DNA of 64,000 bases from Okamejei kenojei (Eukaryota), in contig JAVHYY010000408.1 in assembly GCA_035221665.1 (NCBI GenBank), forward strand, positions 124,001-188,000, written 5' to 3'. The notes beneath the pieces are model-generated. The model made no database searches, had not been told where the DNA came from, and saw nothing but the letters and a program-made list of their open reading frames with translations. Positions 1-13,074 of this stretch are shown here, piece by piece; position 1 is the stretch's first letter, and each line of letters begins with the position of its first letter. A program made the position numbers and the translations under genes.

Positions 1-3000
1 GGTATTCTTTAAAATTCTCACTAACATGAATGAGACACTGGACAACAAGCTCTCCAAAATGGAGGTAAATCTCTCCAAGAAAATAGATGCTGCGCGTGAT
101 GAATCAAAGGGACAGTTTGACTTTTTGAAGCAGCAGCTGTTGGATCTGGATCAGATGACAACTCAGGAATTTGCGAAAATGGAGCATGATTATAATAAGA
201 CATTTGATGAACTGACTGAAGGGGTTGATAAGTCGATAGGAGCTATGAAGGTTGAAATACGTGAGATGTCTCGGGAAATATCGACCCTGAAAGAAGAACA
301 AGGGGTTAATCGGGAGCAATTGAATACATTGGCAGTAAAATTTCAAGATCTGGATGCTAGATCAAGGAGACAGAACTTGAGGATTGTACGAGTAAAGGAG
401 GGACAAGAGCTAGGAATTTTAATGACCGAACTTGTTACTAAAATACTCAAAGATGTCTTTAAGTTGATGGAAAACCTGAGGATTGATGTGGCACATCGGT
501 TAGGTCGCTTCAGAAGAGAAACAAATGCTTCCCCAAGACAGATTTTTGTGACATGTTTGGACATTTCAAGTCTGGATAAACCACATGGGGGGGGGGGGGG
601 GGGGGGGGCTCACATTTGATGGAGAGACTGTCAAATTCTTCAGGGACTACCCACGCGAAAATATTGGAGAAAAGGAATAAGTTTAAAAGGGCATGCAGCA
701 TTCTGAAAGGTAAATCAGACGTGAAATAAGGAGTTGTATTTAAAGCGAGGATGAAGACAATTACAACTCCATTCAACGCGCCTTCACGGATCCGGATTCG
801 GCGTTTAATTACGCACAAGAAATGGTAAAGAAAATAGAAACAAGTGTTGACGATTAAACTTTTATTGTGAAGCTGTGCTGTAATTAAGATGGTGGAACTG
901 CTCTAGACATTAACCAGACAAGCTTCTCTGTCAGGAATGTGCATTCAATGAACATGCCCTGGTTTCAACTTGAACAGATAAGGTGAAGAGAAATAATTGA
1001 AAGTAGAACATTTTTAAGTAACGCGATCAGATTTGAATGAAAATCAAAGGAAATTATGGACTTAAGAAATGTAATAATTAATACAGTATATATGTAACGT
1101 AAATAATTAACTAACTATATAAACTTAATATTACTAATTAATGGTTATGCTATTATATTAATTTTATACTAATATGATTAACCAACGTATTAACCTAATG
1201 TATTGAGGGGATAAGGGGCATATAGAGATGATTATTATTAACAGATATATAAGGTTAATATGGTTGAAAAGAAATAAAATATAGTTTAGGATGTACACTA
1301 ACACACTACAATTAATGAAAAGGAGTATAAGAATATCATAACATCATAAACCTGTGGGAGGAAAGAGGCGTTAATGATTCGGAAAAGTTCCAGATGTTTG
1401 GGCTGGAAGATGGCTGTATTTAAGATAAGAAATGTAACCCTTGAAACAGGCTGGTAATTAAGGTACAGATGAATACTGTATATTCGGACAGGGACAGGGC
1501 ATGTGTTCTCATGTTTCATAATTCCACGACTCGGGGATACCGAGCAAGTACAATAGAAGGTTTAACATTGGGGTAGAAAATATAATATTTTAAAGAGTAA
1601 TGATGACTTTTTTTCCTTTAGATATATTAAGACATATTAAGACATATTGAGATGAAATGGCAAGTAGTTATAAATGCCATTGTATTTAGGGAGGCAGTAC
1701 CCAATGTATAATTCCATCTACGGAGGTCAATCAATAGATGGTCTCTTGTATTTAGGGTATCACCTTTTTGATACCTTAACCTCATGTTTTTTTTTGCTGT
1801 ATTTACTTTTATGCGGCTTATTTCAAAATCTTTCTTTTTTTTCTCACTTTTTTTCGGAGGTTCAATATACAGAGGAGAGGTAAAATGAGGTCAGAAGTGT
1901 GGGATGATACAAATATTCCCAAAGGTCTGAGGTACCTAACTACACCACATGAAGCAAAATCACTAAAACCTATTTATAATGCAGGATAATAAGGAAACAT
2001 AGAATGGAGGAGTCACATTTTGTAGTTGGAATATTAGGGGTGCGAATGATCCAATTAAAAGGGGCAAGATTATGGCCCAGTTAAAATCTTTAAAGGTGGA
2101 TATTGCTTTTCTGCACGAGACGCATACGAAACTACAAACACAGATGAGACTAAGGGCAAACTGGATAGGCCAAACGTATCACTCGTCATTTACTGCTAAA
2201 GCTAGAGGAACGGCTATTATTATTCGGAAAGGTATACCGTTTATATTAAAGACTACAATATCTGATAAAGAAGGAAGATACACGATAGTGGCTTTGTTCC
2301 ACTTCACTGAAGACCAAATTTTGATAATCCCCAATTTTTAAAGAAAATATGGATAAAATAGATGAGTTTAATTTTCAAAATGTAAGGGGGGGGGCTGTGT
2401 TCTATTATATAGATAAATCAATTTAAATTAATTCGAATGGATAGTCAATTGAAACGAGTATCAACCGAATTTTTATGGACACAAAATTAATAATGTAAAT
2501 AGAGCATTATTCTGATCATTTTTACTTAAAACTTGAGGGAAGCCAGGTCCTTTTCACACAAATGTTAATGATATTAGAATAAATTTAATGGTTTTGAATA
2601 AAAGTGAAATTATCCAACAATGGTAAACAGACCCCAGAAAGCGAATACATCTATTAAAATTGTCCATTTAAAAAAATTGAACGGAAAAAAATAAGTATTT
2701 AGTATTCAAGTTACCAGAAGATATAAAATCATTAATTTAAAATCGCTAAAAAGAAATTTTCAGTCCCTTTGTTAAATACATTGAACGCCCTGATTACATT
2801 TTGGAAAACGCTCCGACTATCATTAATTGGCAGAATAAATGCTATAAAAATGATAGCGCTACCACAAATAATATATTTATTTCAATCCATACGAATATAT
2901 ATACCAAAATATATATTTTTTAAACTAGACTCTAATATTACTAATTTCATATGGGACTACAAAGCACATAGAACTAAAATAAATAAGTTGTGTAAACCTA

Positions 3001-4466
3001 AAGAAGTAGGGGGACTTGCACTGCCTATTTTTTAATATTATTATTGGGCAGTGCATATTAAGAATATTATTTATTGGTTGGATTGTCCTTCTCAACAGAT
3101 GGAAAGGATAAGAATGGAGAAAGAGAATTGTTTTCCTTACGATTTAGGAACTATCCTCTTCTCCCCGACAGAGATGAATAATATAGTATATAAGAATAAT
3201 TCAATCATACACAATATAATTCGAATTTGGAAACAAATAAAATTAACTTTAAAATTAACAAACTTATCATCATTAACACCAATAGTGAATAATCTGGTAT
3301 TTAAACCATCTTTTATGGATAAAAAATATAGACAATGGAAAAGATTGGGAATTAAAAAGTTGGGTGACATGTATGAAATAGGAAATTTATTATAATTTCA
3401 ACAATTAAAATCAAAATTTAATCTGAATAATAACCAATACTTTAAATATTTACAGATATGTGACTTTATAAAATAATATATACCAAGACTACAGAATATA
3501 ACGATAGATCCACTGGAAGAAGCAATGAATATTAAGACGGACTCACAAACATTTATATCATATCTATATAACAGTATTCTTAATAGAGATTTGCCATCAA
3601 CAGAGGCAATTAGAGAAGACTGTGAAACGTTTTCATGATAAAAAATTCTAAAGAAACATGAGAGAGGTATTTGATATATATATCATGTTCGATTAATACT
3701 AGACATAATTTAATTCAATTTAAAATATTACACAGATTATATTATTCAAAAGTTAGGTTGAGTAAATTTTATTCAAATATTTCTCCCATCTGTGATAAAT
3801 GACTTTATCAAAATGCCAATTTCACACATTCTTTCGTTTCTTGCACAAACTTCAAAGATTTTGGTGTGATATATTTGATATATTCACTAGTTTATTTAAG
3901 ATAAAAATGGAACGTAGCATGGAAATGATTAGCTTTGGAGTAATAGGAGATGGAAACAAATTAAATATATCCCAAATCTCATTTTTTTAATTATGGTTTA
4001 TTAACAGCGAGAAAACTCATACTCAACTTCTGGAAATAGGCTACAATACCAACACTCAAAATGTGGATTTGTAATATGTTGGAAACGGCCCACTCGGAAG
4101 AAATCAGACTCCTACTAATAGAAAAAAAGACCAAATCTTAACGAGTTGTTCTCCATTTATTGACCTTGTCGAGTCATATGGTGCAATAGCATCGTAAAAT
4201 ACATATTTCTGGGTTTGATTGAAAAATGATTAAGAATATTAAAAAAAAAACATCAACTTGTGGCGTGGGAGAATCTCCTTTCTGCTTCACTTTCTCGCAT
4301 TTCTTTCTTTGCACCACACTCACTCGTCTATTCTTTACTCTTCACTACTTTTTTTTTCCAAAAAAAAGGAAGGTATACAAAGAATGTTTCAATAATTCTG
4401 GGAACCTGTAAAAAGTTATCATTAAAATGTAATGTACTTACTTCTAATTAAACTTTTTTTTTTAAA
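1..4466 (+). mobile_element. L1-clade LINE, degenerate (ORF1 part, long spacer, ORF2 with most of RT missing, 3' UTR)
   Basis: ORF1 coiled coil plus DLDARSRRQNLRIV (26-619). APE endonuclease SWNIRG..DIAFLHETH (1979-2290). L1 C-terminal LSLIGRINAIKM..GGLALP. 3' TSD aaacatgatttcccc at 4467-4481. Confidence 0.9.
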
Positions 4467-5050
4467 AAACATGATTTCCCCTTCGTACATCCATGTGGAC
4501 TCGGACCGATCCTGTTACTGCTATCCAAATATGCCGCATATATATTTCATATATTTATAATTGATTCCAAAATCTTCCCCACCACGGATTCGGGCTAACT
4601 GATGTATAATTCCCTGTTTTCACTCTCCCGCCTTTCTTCAAAAGGGGGATAACTTTAGCTATCCTCCAATCCACAGAAACTGATCCTGAATCTATAGAAC
4701 ATTGGAAAATGATCACCAATGCGTCCACGATTTCTAGGTCCATTTCCGTAAGTACCCTGAATGCAGATCATCAGGCTCTGGGGATTTATCAGCCATCAGT
4801 CCCATACTCTACCCAACACCATTTCCTGCCTACTGTGAATTTCCTTCAGTTCCTCCGTCACCCTAGTTCCTCTGGCCACTATAACAACTGGGAGATTGTT
4901 TGTTTCTTCCTTAGTTAAGACGGATCCAAGTACCTGTTAAACTCGTCTGCCATTTCCTTGTTCCCCATAATAAAATCACCTGTTTCAGTCTTCAAGGGTC
5001 CAACTTTGGTCTAAACCATGTTTTTCCTCTTCACATACCTAAATAAGCTC
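4467..5050 (-). mobile_element. CR1 LINE RT fragment (host of the L1 insertion)
   Basis: DWRIAKVIPLLKKGGRVKTGNY motif. Continues the CR1 seen at 43466-43689 in the paralogous unit. Confidence 0.85.
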
Positions 5051-5482
5051 TACCGATGTCCGATGCTTCCCGCTTTCTTCTGCCACTTGGGGCGATAAAC
5101 AGAATCAGCGGAGTCGGAATGGCAGAGACTCCCGGTCAGACATATCAGTGAAATGCAAGATTCAACGTGAGTGATATCAGCAAGATGCATGTTGTTGAAA
5201 AACGGGCAATATATGTTCTTCATTGTGGGGAAGACCATACTGCGACCATTGAAGGCATGTTCAGTTTCATCCTAACTGTAGAAAAACCGGGGAAAATTAC
5301 ATGATATTGAAGTGTTGGAAAAGGAAATTTCGACTTCGTATACATGGTTACGTGGGATACTGCCAGATCTTTTCTGGAATCGGTGCTTTTCTGAGATTGA
5401 GACCAATGCTTTCCTGTCCATCACAGTGGGTCTCTTCTGCATCGCGCTGTGCACGAGTCTCTTCGATGTCACGCAGCTCCGC

Positions 5483-6445
5483 TGTTGCTCCCCCTCTCCC
5501 ATGTCGCAACAAGGACAGAGACCCCTACTCTTTACCTTTCACCCTGTCAGCCATCGCATACAACAGAAAATCCACCGACATTTTGCACACCCGCAAAGGG
5601 ATCCCACCACTAGCCACATCTTTCCATCTCCATCCCTTTCTGCATTCCGCAAAGACAGGTCCTTCCACATGTCCCTGGTTAATTCATCCCATCCTCACTA
5701 AATCACCGCCATCCAAGCGACTATTGCCTGCAACTGCAGAAGATGCAACACCTGTCCCCATACCGCCTTCCTCGACACAGTCCAAGGATTCCGTCATTCT
5801 TTTCAGGTGAGGCAGAGGTACACTAGGACCTCCTTGAACCTAGTCTACCATACCACTTTTCCAGTTGTGGTTTTCTATATATCGGCGAGATTAAGCACAC
5901 GCCTGGCGTTCATTTCGCTGAACACGTATGCTCAGTCCGCCAAGGCACCCGCGATTTACCAATTGCTGAACACATTAACTCCCCCTCCCAGTCCCACAGT
6001 GACCTTTTCATCGTGTGCCTCCTCCACTATCAGGTTGAGGCCTAACGGAAATTGTAGGACCAAAACTTCATATTTCGCTTGAGCAGCTTACACCACAGCG
6101 GTATGAATATTGATTTGGCTAACTGCAAGCATCCGTTCATTTCCCCCTCTCTACATTCCTCCTCAACCCAGTTCACCGACTAGTGTTTCTGTCCTCCTGA
6201 TTAATTGTTACTGATGGTATGCCATCTTCTCAGCTTCTCCTCAGCTAACAATGTATATTTCCATGATTTTCATCCCCTATGATCTGTATTTTTATACCTT
6301 ACCTTCCCATATTTCCATGTCTCCCTCTCGCCCGACTCACAGTCTGAAGAAGAGTCTCGACAAGAAACGTCACACATCATTTCTCTCCAGATATGCTGCA
6401 TGATCCGCTGAATGATTCCACCGTTTTGTGTCTGGTTTCAGTGTA
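5483..6445 (+). mobile_element. Penelope-like retroelement 3' part (linker plus GIY-YIG endonuclease and tail)
   Basis: TFHPVSHRIQ..HF..QRDPTTSHIFPSP.LSAFRKD, Cys-rich linker and YIGE..R..EH. Tail contains CTGAAGA..GAAACGTC. Confidence 0.85.
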
Positions 6446-6730
6446 AACCCCAAATCTGTTTTGTTTCATTTTAAAGCAGGAAAGGGAGTAGAAAATTCAG
6501 CTTGTTGCACAGTAATGTCACCTCATCTTCTTATTCGGCAACGTATCTCCCAAGCACCGGCACCGCCGCTATTGCATAAATCGGGACCGTCCGGTGTTTG
6601 TGTCCTAACTTGTTGCAATGGCAAAATAGAATAGAATGCAATACATTCACAAAGGGGTTGTTCCAGGTAATATTTAAATATGAAGTGAAGCGCAGTATAA
6701 TCGAACAAAACATTAAATTAACTAAATTAC

Positions 6731-7609
6731 TGTAGATGAATCACCATTAGTTGATGTGATCCATGTCTGGTTTTACCGTTGTACACCTGATCCGAATTCC
6801 AGTTAAGGTCTTCCACTATGTTATCTTGTGTGCCAATTCGGCGGTTCTTTAGATTCATCTTACTGCTTGAACCTGCAACAGTTCCGTGCGTTCGCTCTAT
6901 GCTAATGCTAATAAAGAACACACACGAAGCTGAAATTCACCTGTGATGTCCCCGTGAAGTCCCCTGTGGAAACGACTTTTGCGAAACCAGTGTTGATCGA
7001 ACCACCACCTGCCGTGCTGTCACCAGCAAAGAGTACAGCAGAGGACCGTCGCGTACGCCTGCGAGACGGGTTTGTAAGCCCAACCCCAAGTACAAAGACA
7101 CTCATCACAGACTTTAATTCATTGATGTCTTCTTCGTTTCCTTGGTATCTTGCTCATTTCGTATACTCCGTTGCTTAGTTGACACTTACACCCATATATT
7201 GTGATGTTTGTAATTGTAGTTTTATATACTTTTATTTAGTTGCGAGTTGATGCTTAAGAATAAGGATGTAAATCAATCACCATTAGTTGGTGTGATCCAT
7301 CTCTGTTTTTATTGTTGTGCTTGATCTGTATTCCAGTTCAGGTCTTCCACCATGTCATCTAGTGTGCCAGTTCGTCGGTTCTTTAGATTCATCTTGGAGC
7401 TTGAACAGATGCACATAATCGCTCTGCATTCTTATGCTAATAAATAACTTATATACGAAGCTGAACGACTCAGTGTTTATACAGTGTTTAGAGTCTGAAG
7501 AAGGGTTTCGGCCGAAATGTTGCCTATCTCCTTCGCTCCATGGATGCTGCAGCACCCGCTGAGTTTCTCCAGCATTTTGTGTACGCCAGTGTTGATATAT
7601 ATTCGTAGA
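6731..7609 (+). mobile_element. Internally deleted LTR retrotransposon with two LTRs, carrying a nested 94-bp Penelope-tail insertion
   Basis: Direct repeats start at 6731 and 7267 (TGTA..). TSD ATTAC at 6726-6730 and 7610-7614. Purine tract before the 3' LTR. Confidence 0.75.
7493..7586 (+). mobile_element. ~95-bp Penelope-tail mini-insertion (also 49517-49611)
   Basis: gtctgaagaagggtttcggccgaaatgttgcc...cagcattttgtgtac. Flanked by a cagtgtttata duplication (49506-49516 / 49612-49622). Absent at paralogous site ~22800. Confidence 0.8.
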
Positions 7610-7656
7610 ATTACACTCTTTGGAAAACAGATCCGTAATGCAGTTAATGCCACATA

Positions 7657-9258
7657 CAGTGGCTTGCAAAAGTTTTCATACCCCTTGAGCTTTTCCACAT
7701 TTTGTCACGTTACAACCACAAACGTAAATGTATTTTATTGGGATTTTATGTGATAGACCAACACAAAGTGGCACATCATTGTGAAGTGGAAGGAAAATGA
7801 TACATAGTTTCCAAATTCTATTACAAATAAAAAACTGAAAAGTGTAGCGTGCAAAAGTATTCAGCCCCCGAGTCAATACTTTATAGAACCACCTTTCGCT
7901 GCAATTACAGCTGCAAGTCTTTTGGGATATGTCTCTACCAGCTTTGCAGATCTAGAGACTGAAAGTTTTGCCCATTCTTCTTTGCAAAATAGCTCAAGCT
8001 CAGTCAGATTGGATGGAGAGCATCTGTGAACAGCAAATTTCAAGTCTTGCTAGAGATTCTCAATTGGATTTAGGTCTGGACTTTGACTGGGCCATTCTAA
8101 CACATGAATATGCTTTGATGTAACCCATTCCATGTAGCTCTGGCTGTATGTCTAGGGTCGTTGTCCTGCTGGAAGGTGAACCTCCGCCCCAGTCTTAAGT
8201 TTTTTGCAGACTCTAACAGGTTTTCTTCCACGATTGCCCTGTATTTGGCTTCATCCATCTTCCCATCAACTCTGACCAGCTTCCCTGTCCCTGCTGAAGA
8301 AAAACATCCCGACAGCATGATGCTGCCACCACCATGTTTCACAGTGGGGATGGTGTGTTCACTGTGATGTGCAGTGTTAGTTTTCCGTCACACATAGCGT
8401 TTTGCATTTAGGCCAAAGACTTCAATTTTGGTTTCATCAGACCAGAGCACCTTCCTCCACATGTTTGCTGTGTCCCCCACATGGCTTGTGGCTAACTGCA
8501 AACGGGACTTCTTATGGCTTTGTTCAACAATGGCTTTCCTCTTGCCATTCTTCCACAAAAGAGTGCATGACTAATAGTTGTCCTGTGGACAGATTCTCCC
8601 ACCTGAGCTGTGGATCTCTGCTGCTCCTCCAGAGTTACCATGGGCCTCTTGGCTGCTTCTCTGATCAATGCTCTCCTTGCCCGGCCTGTCAGGTTACGTG
8701 GACGGCCATGTCTTGGTAGGTTTGCAATTGTGCCATACTCATTCCATTTTCAGATGTTGGATTGAACAGTGCTCCGTGAAATGTTCAAAGCTTGGGATTT
8801 TTTTTTATAACCTAACCTGCTTCAAACTTCCCCACAACTTTATCCCTGACCTGTCTGGTGTGTTCCTTGGGCTTCATGATGCTGCTTGTTCACTAATTTT
8901 CTCTAACAAACCTCTGAGGCCTTCACAGAACAACTGTATTTATACTGAGATTAAATTACGCACAAGTGGACTCTATTTACTAAATAGGTGACTTCTGATG
9001 GCAATTGGTTGCACTGGATTTTATTTAGGGGTTTCAGAGTAAAGGGGGCTGAATATGCTTTTGCACGCCACACTTTTCAGTTTTTTATTTGTAATAAAAA
9101 TTGAAAACCATGTATCCTTTTCCTTCCACTTCACAATTATGCGCCAATTTGTGCTGGTCTATCACATAAAATCCAAATAAAATACACTTACGTTTGTGGT
9201 TGTAACGTGACAAAATGTGGAAAATTTCAAGGGGTATGAAAACTTTTGCAAGCCACTA
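7657..9258 (-). mobile_element. Tc1/mariner DNA transposon, full length, transposase disrupted
   Basis: ~210-bp TIRs starting cagtggcttgcaaaag, TA flanks at 7655-56 and 9259-60, KHGGGSIML..FQQDNDP motifs. Empty site cacaTAcgatg at 22861. Confidence 0.95.
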
Positions 9259-9813
9259 TAAGATGAATAATACAGCAGACAACTCCCAACTGGACAGAAT
9301 CACAGCATTTAACATAGTTTTTAATGTAATAGGTTTACAACTGCCCTGCACCATAAAATGGAAATTAATATCCACGCAATGCTACTTAATGTACCTGAGG
9401 AACAAAGTACACGTTTGCACATCACCTTTTTACTGTAATAGTGCAGAATGATAATTAACGTATTATATTATATTTATTATAACAAACGATTCTAAAACAA
9501 TGGGTGTGAATACTTAATGATACATAACCGCAAGTGTTAAGCTTAAGGTGGCGGGTGAAACCGCACAGTGATATTCACGTCATCTTAATTCATTTGCCAA
9601 AAGCCTAAACCGTCATCATGCCGAAGAGGACAACAGCGGAATGTCACTGAGTATCAGCAACATCGCATACAGACGGGGTACGTAATTGCAGTGGATGACT
9701 CAGAGGCTCAAATGACGAAAATCCCATGAAGTTAAAATGTAGGAGTCACAGCTATGAATATACACAAATTTAGATAAACGAATTTGGACCCGTTCAATAG
9801 AGGTGAAACTTAC

Positions 9814-9883
9814 GTGGAACTCCAATGATTGCGAGAAAGGGATAGCAAATGGCAAACACAAGCCCACTTACTGGTCCGTGCAT
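9814..9883 (-). CDS. GPCR gene G0 coding exon 1 (MHGPVSGLVFAICYPFLAIIGVP +1 nt); exon 2 predicted left of the window
   Basis: ATG at 9883, 70 nt, donor GTAAGT at 9813-9808. Same context as the other exon 1 copies. Confidence 0.82.
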
Positions 9884-10559
9884 TGTCTTCAATGGGCGAC
9901 CTGTATTCACCAAACATCCAGCATGTCGCACTTATATTTTCCGCGAGAATCCCAGGAGAGTCAATTTATCGTCATGTTATCCACAGTTCGAACGATCACG
10001 AGTGCTGCCATTCAGATGCATGTCATTGTTGTTTTTAACACTCCACAATAACGGAATACATGCCCCAAATGGACACAATTAACATAAATTGGGTAATCAA
10101 TACATTATGCACGTTTCCATGACTAAATAATATCTAGATGTTTCTTCCCTGCTCTGTTTATTGTCCGATGTTACTTTACCTCTAACGTTCGAGCATATCA
10201 CATCCAATGAGTTCCAACGAAATGAAATTAAAAAAACTCGGCCAGCAAGAAAGCGTCACTTCAGCAACATTCAATTTTGCTAAACGCGCACTGTGATATT
10301 AATGCGACCAAGCAAGATTAATACAGCCATGTTCTTTCTGGTGTGTAAATGTAGTTGGAACACTCAAAGTATAATGCTCAGCTTCTGCCTCATCAATGCT
10401 GATTTTATTATGGACCTTTCCCTTTGATGGTCGCTCTGCTTGTAATACCATCTATGTTTATCTTTACAAAATACGGTTACAGAAACGCCTTAATAAATCT
10501 GATTCAACAATTGCCTCGCTTGATTATAGCGTAGCCGACCTTTCTTTAAAGTTTAATTT

Positions 10560-11190
10560 CCATCAATCCCACCTGCCAGTGTTTGGCCCATATATTTCTA
10601 AAACGTTCCTATACATGCACCTCTCCAGATGAGTTTTAATTATTTTACAATTCCTACCTCAACCACCTCATCTGGCAGCTCGTCTCGTACACCCACAATA
10701 CATTATGTATAATGATTGTGTCACTGATAATTTGTTCCTTTTTACATTAAGCTTATCTTTTCTGGTTCTTGTTTCCCCCTGTCTAATTCTCTCACAATAG
10801 TAGCTACCTTTGCAAGAGCACCTCTCTTTTTCATGCGCAGCAAGGAAGCATGCCATAGGCTACCCAAATATCTCCCTATATTTCAGTCCCTCGGGTCTGG
10901 GCAACATTTAATTATGCGATGCTCACCAACAGTAGGGTGGACATACCGGAACCAAATACTACAAATGCGCCCTTACCAACGCCTTGTACAATGGTGACAT
11001 GACATACTCATTGCCCTGACTGATGAAGGAGAATGTACCGAAATCCTTCCATACTAAACTGTCTACCGGTGGTAACAAATTCAGGGAAATATGCGCCCAC
11101 GCTGCCAGATACCTCAGCGCTACAACATTCCGTAGAGTTCCGCCAATTTCACTGCGACGTATGATGATGTAATGCTCCATCTACATTCAA
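10560..11190 (-). mobile_element. Old CR1 3' fragment (paralogs ~24200-25490, ~38425-38975, ~51000-51660)
   Basis: LYKALVRAHL-type motif and CR1 3'-end sequence. Boundaries approximate. Confidence 0.7.
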
Positions 11191-11714
11191 TCATCCATGT
11201 GGGCCTTCCTGAAGAGTAATACTAAATTTCTATTATAATTTTGCATCCATTCTCACTGTTTAAAACCATTGACCTTTTCACCTATTCCCTTTCTCATTAA
11301 CAATTGATGCAATTACGCCACTTGGTCGATTAAACGAAATGTATTGCTGGAACAAGGTCAGAGCTTCGCCTGGAAATATCCACACTTGTCTGGCTTTGTA
11401 TGTTAAAGACACATTAGTTACGCATATCTTTACTGAAGGCAAATCAGAACACCATGCGCAGAGAACTGAGCACGACACGCAGTCCACGGAGCACGGAAAT
11501 GAGGCGCAGAGTAGAATGCGGGCAGCACGGACCATGGAACGCAGAAAGCGGATTAAAAAGCACTGGGCGTAAACCACATAGCATGGCCTGTGTCGAGCTA
11601 CCAGTCAAATGGAGAAGTGATGTCCCTCTGTTTAATAAAAGCATGGCGAATAAAACAAACATGGACGTCGGTGAGGATGATGCCCGTGGTGGTGGAGAAG
11701 ATATCGGATATTAT

Positions 11715-11998
11715 TCTTCTGGATATAAGGTTTAGGGCGAAGGGCAAAAGGTGGAATAGGAACTTGAGGGGTAAATCTTTCACACAAAGGCTTGTGGGTG
11801 TATGGAACAAGCTACCAGAGGAGGTGGTTGAGGGTGGGACAAGCCAAAAGTTAAACAGGTGCACGGATATAACAGGTTTGTTGGGAAATGGATCAAACGC
11901 GTGCTTGTGGGACTAGTATAGCTGGGATGTGTTAGCCTGTGTAGGCAGGTTGGGCCGAAGGGCCTTTTACCACGCTGTATCACTCTATGACTATGATT
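11715..11998 (+). mobile_element. CR1 3' end / CR1-tailed SINE (paralogs ~26015-26285, ~39170-39508, ~52190-52478)
   Basis: FTQRLVGVWNKLPEEVVE motif, gggccgaagggcc stem and (ctatga)n tail. Confidence 0.75.
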
Positions 11999-12294
11999 CT
12001 ACGGATAGAATCTACTCGCAAAGAGAAAAGGGTGGATTTTATTAGGGTATATCTTACAAATGGTTCATTGCTTGAGAAAATGCGGTGATGCATGGTAGAC
12101 TAAAATAACTGCAAATGCTGGGTAACTTGCGTTGAATGCAAAGCATTGGGGTAACTCAACGGTTCGTGTGGAGGGCATAGACACACGACATTGTCCCAAT
12201 CGGCGCCGCTTCCCGTCTGTTAGCATGTTTCGCACTTTCCATTTCTGGGATCACGAATCGACTCGAGTTTGAACGGGGTGTTGGGAGGGGGAGT

Positions 12295-12800
12295 GTGTGG
12301 CATAGGCGGGAGGCGGTAGGCCCCAAGGCGGTGGCAGGATCCAAGGTGGCGTCCAGTTACCGCGTGGATTTGATGGCTACATACATAGCTTTAATTACCG
12401 TAGAGCTGTGCTGGGCTGTCAGCTGCAGACATCAGGTCACCACCAATTTGAAATCCAAAATACGTTTTGGAATGTCGGGGTCACCAATATAGAGGCGCAA
12501 ACGTCGTGAATAAATGGATTCTTTATTCAGGCATTGTAAGTTGATAATACATGGACGTTTAACACTCTAGCATAATAATCGTAGTTGTTGAGGGGCTGTT
12601 GCCTCGTGGGCTCGGTTGTGCTCCTGCTGCGGTGGCAGAATACTCTCATGAAGGGAGAAGACGCAGAAAAGCAAGACAGTAAGGGACGGAAGGGCAGGAC
12701 TTATATACTAGGGCACACCCCCAATATATCTTGTGACACCTTCGCAGGATTGCCGAAGGTTCGCATAGCAGGAGTGGCCCAACCACTAGGTGCCGCTACA
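12295..12800 (-). mobile_element. LTR retrotransposon 5' remnant: 313-bp LTR (12800-12488), tRNA-Trp-type PBS, leader
   Basis: LTR begins TGTAGCGGC and contains TATATAAG and AATAAA. It is followed by TGGTGACCCCGAC (12486-12474), complementary to the tRNA-Trp 3' end. Absent at paralogous site ~27573. Confidence 0.8.
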
Positions 12801-13074
12801 ATATGGTGTTTTGAAATATTGCTTATTTGGGCACAACAAACCTGCAACGGGAATATGATGTACTGCATTCGGGAAATAATAACAGCCTTGCGCAACTTTC
12901 CAACATGTTAAATCCAAGCGAAAAATACTGGGGAAACATGATATGCACAGGGTATAACATACAGAAGGTAACTTTTCAGACGACATGGAGATGATCTGGG
13001 AGGTGCAGAGTAAAATAGGCAGGAGTGTTACTCAATTTAGAGGGATAGTTTCACCGCGGTACTCAGGGATGATA

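Noticed and set aside
587-608. Poly-Gly end of L1 ORF1 and other poly-G tracts as functional G-quadruplex elements
   Set aside because: Copy-specific homopolymer expansions; the sister L1 has gtgaaggaggctc here. Length is unreliable in assemblies.
9803-10051. 82-aa ORF MKLTWNSND.. repeated at 23437 and 50245
   Set aside because: GTG start, antisense to the real exon 1 and promoter. Its recurrence is explained by the duplication.
11339-11572. 77-aa ORF (M(Y/C)CWNKVRAS..) open in three units, with overlapping antisense ORFs
   Set aside because: No recognisable domain, low-complexity gcacgga-like sequence poor in stops, copies too similar to show constraint, and deleted in the fourth unit.
12474-12486. 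tRNA-Trp-like sequence as a tRNA gene
   Set aside because: Only the 13-nt 3' end including CCA is present, next to an LTR. It is a primer-binding site.
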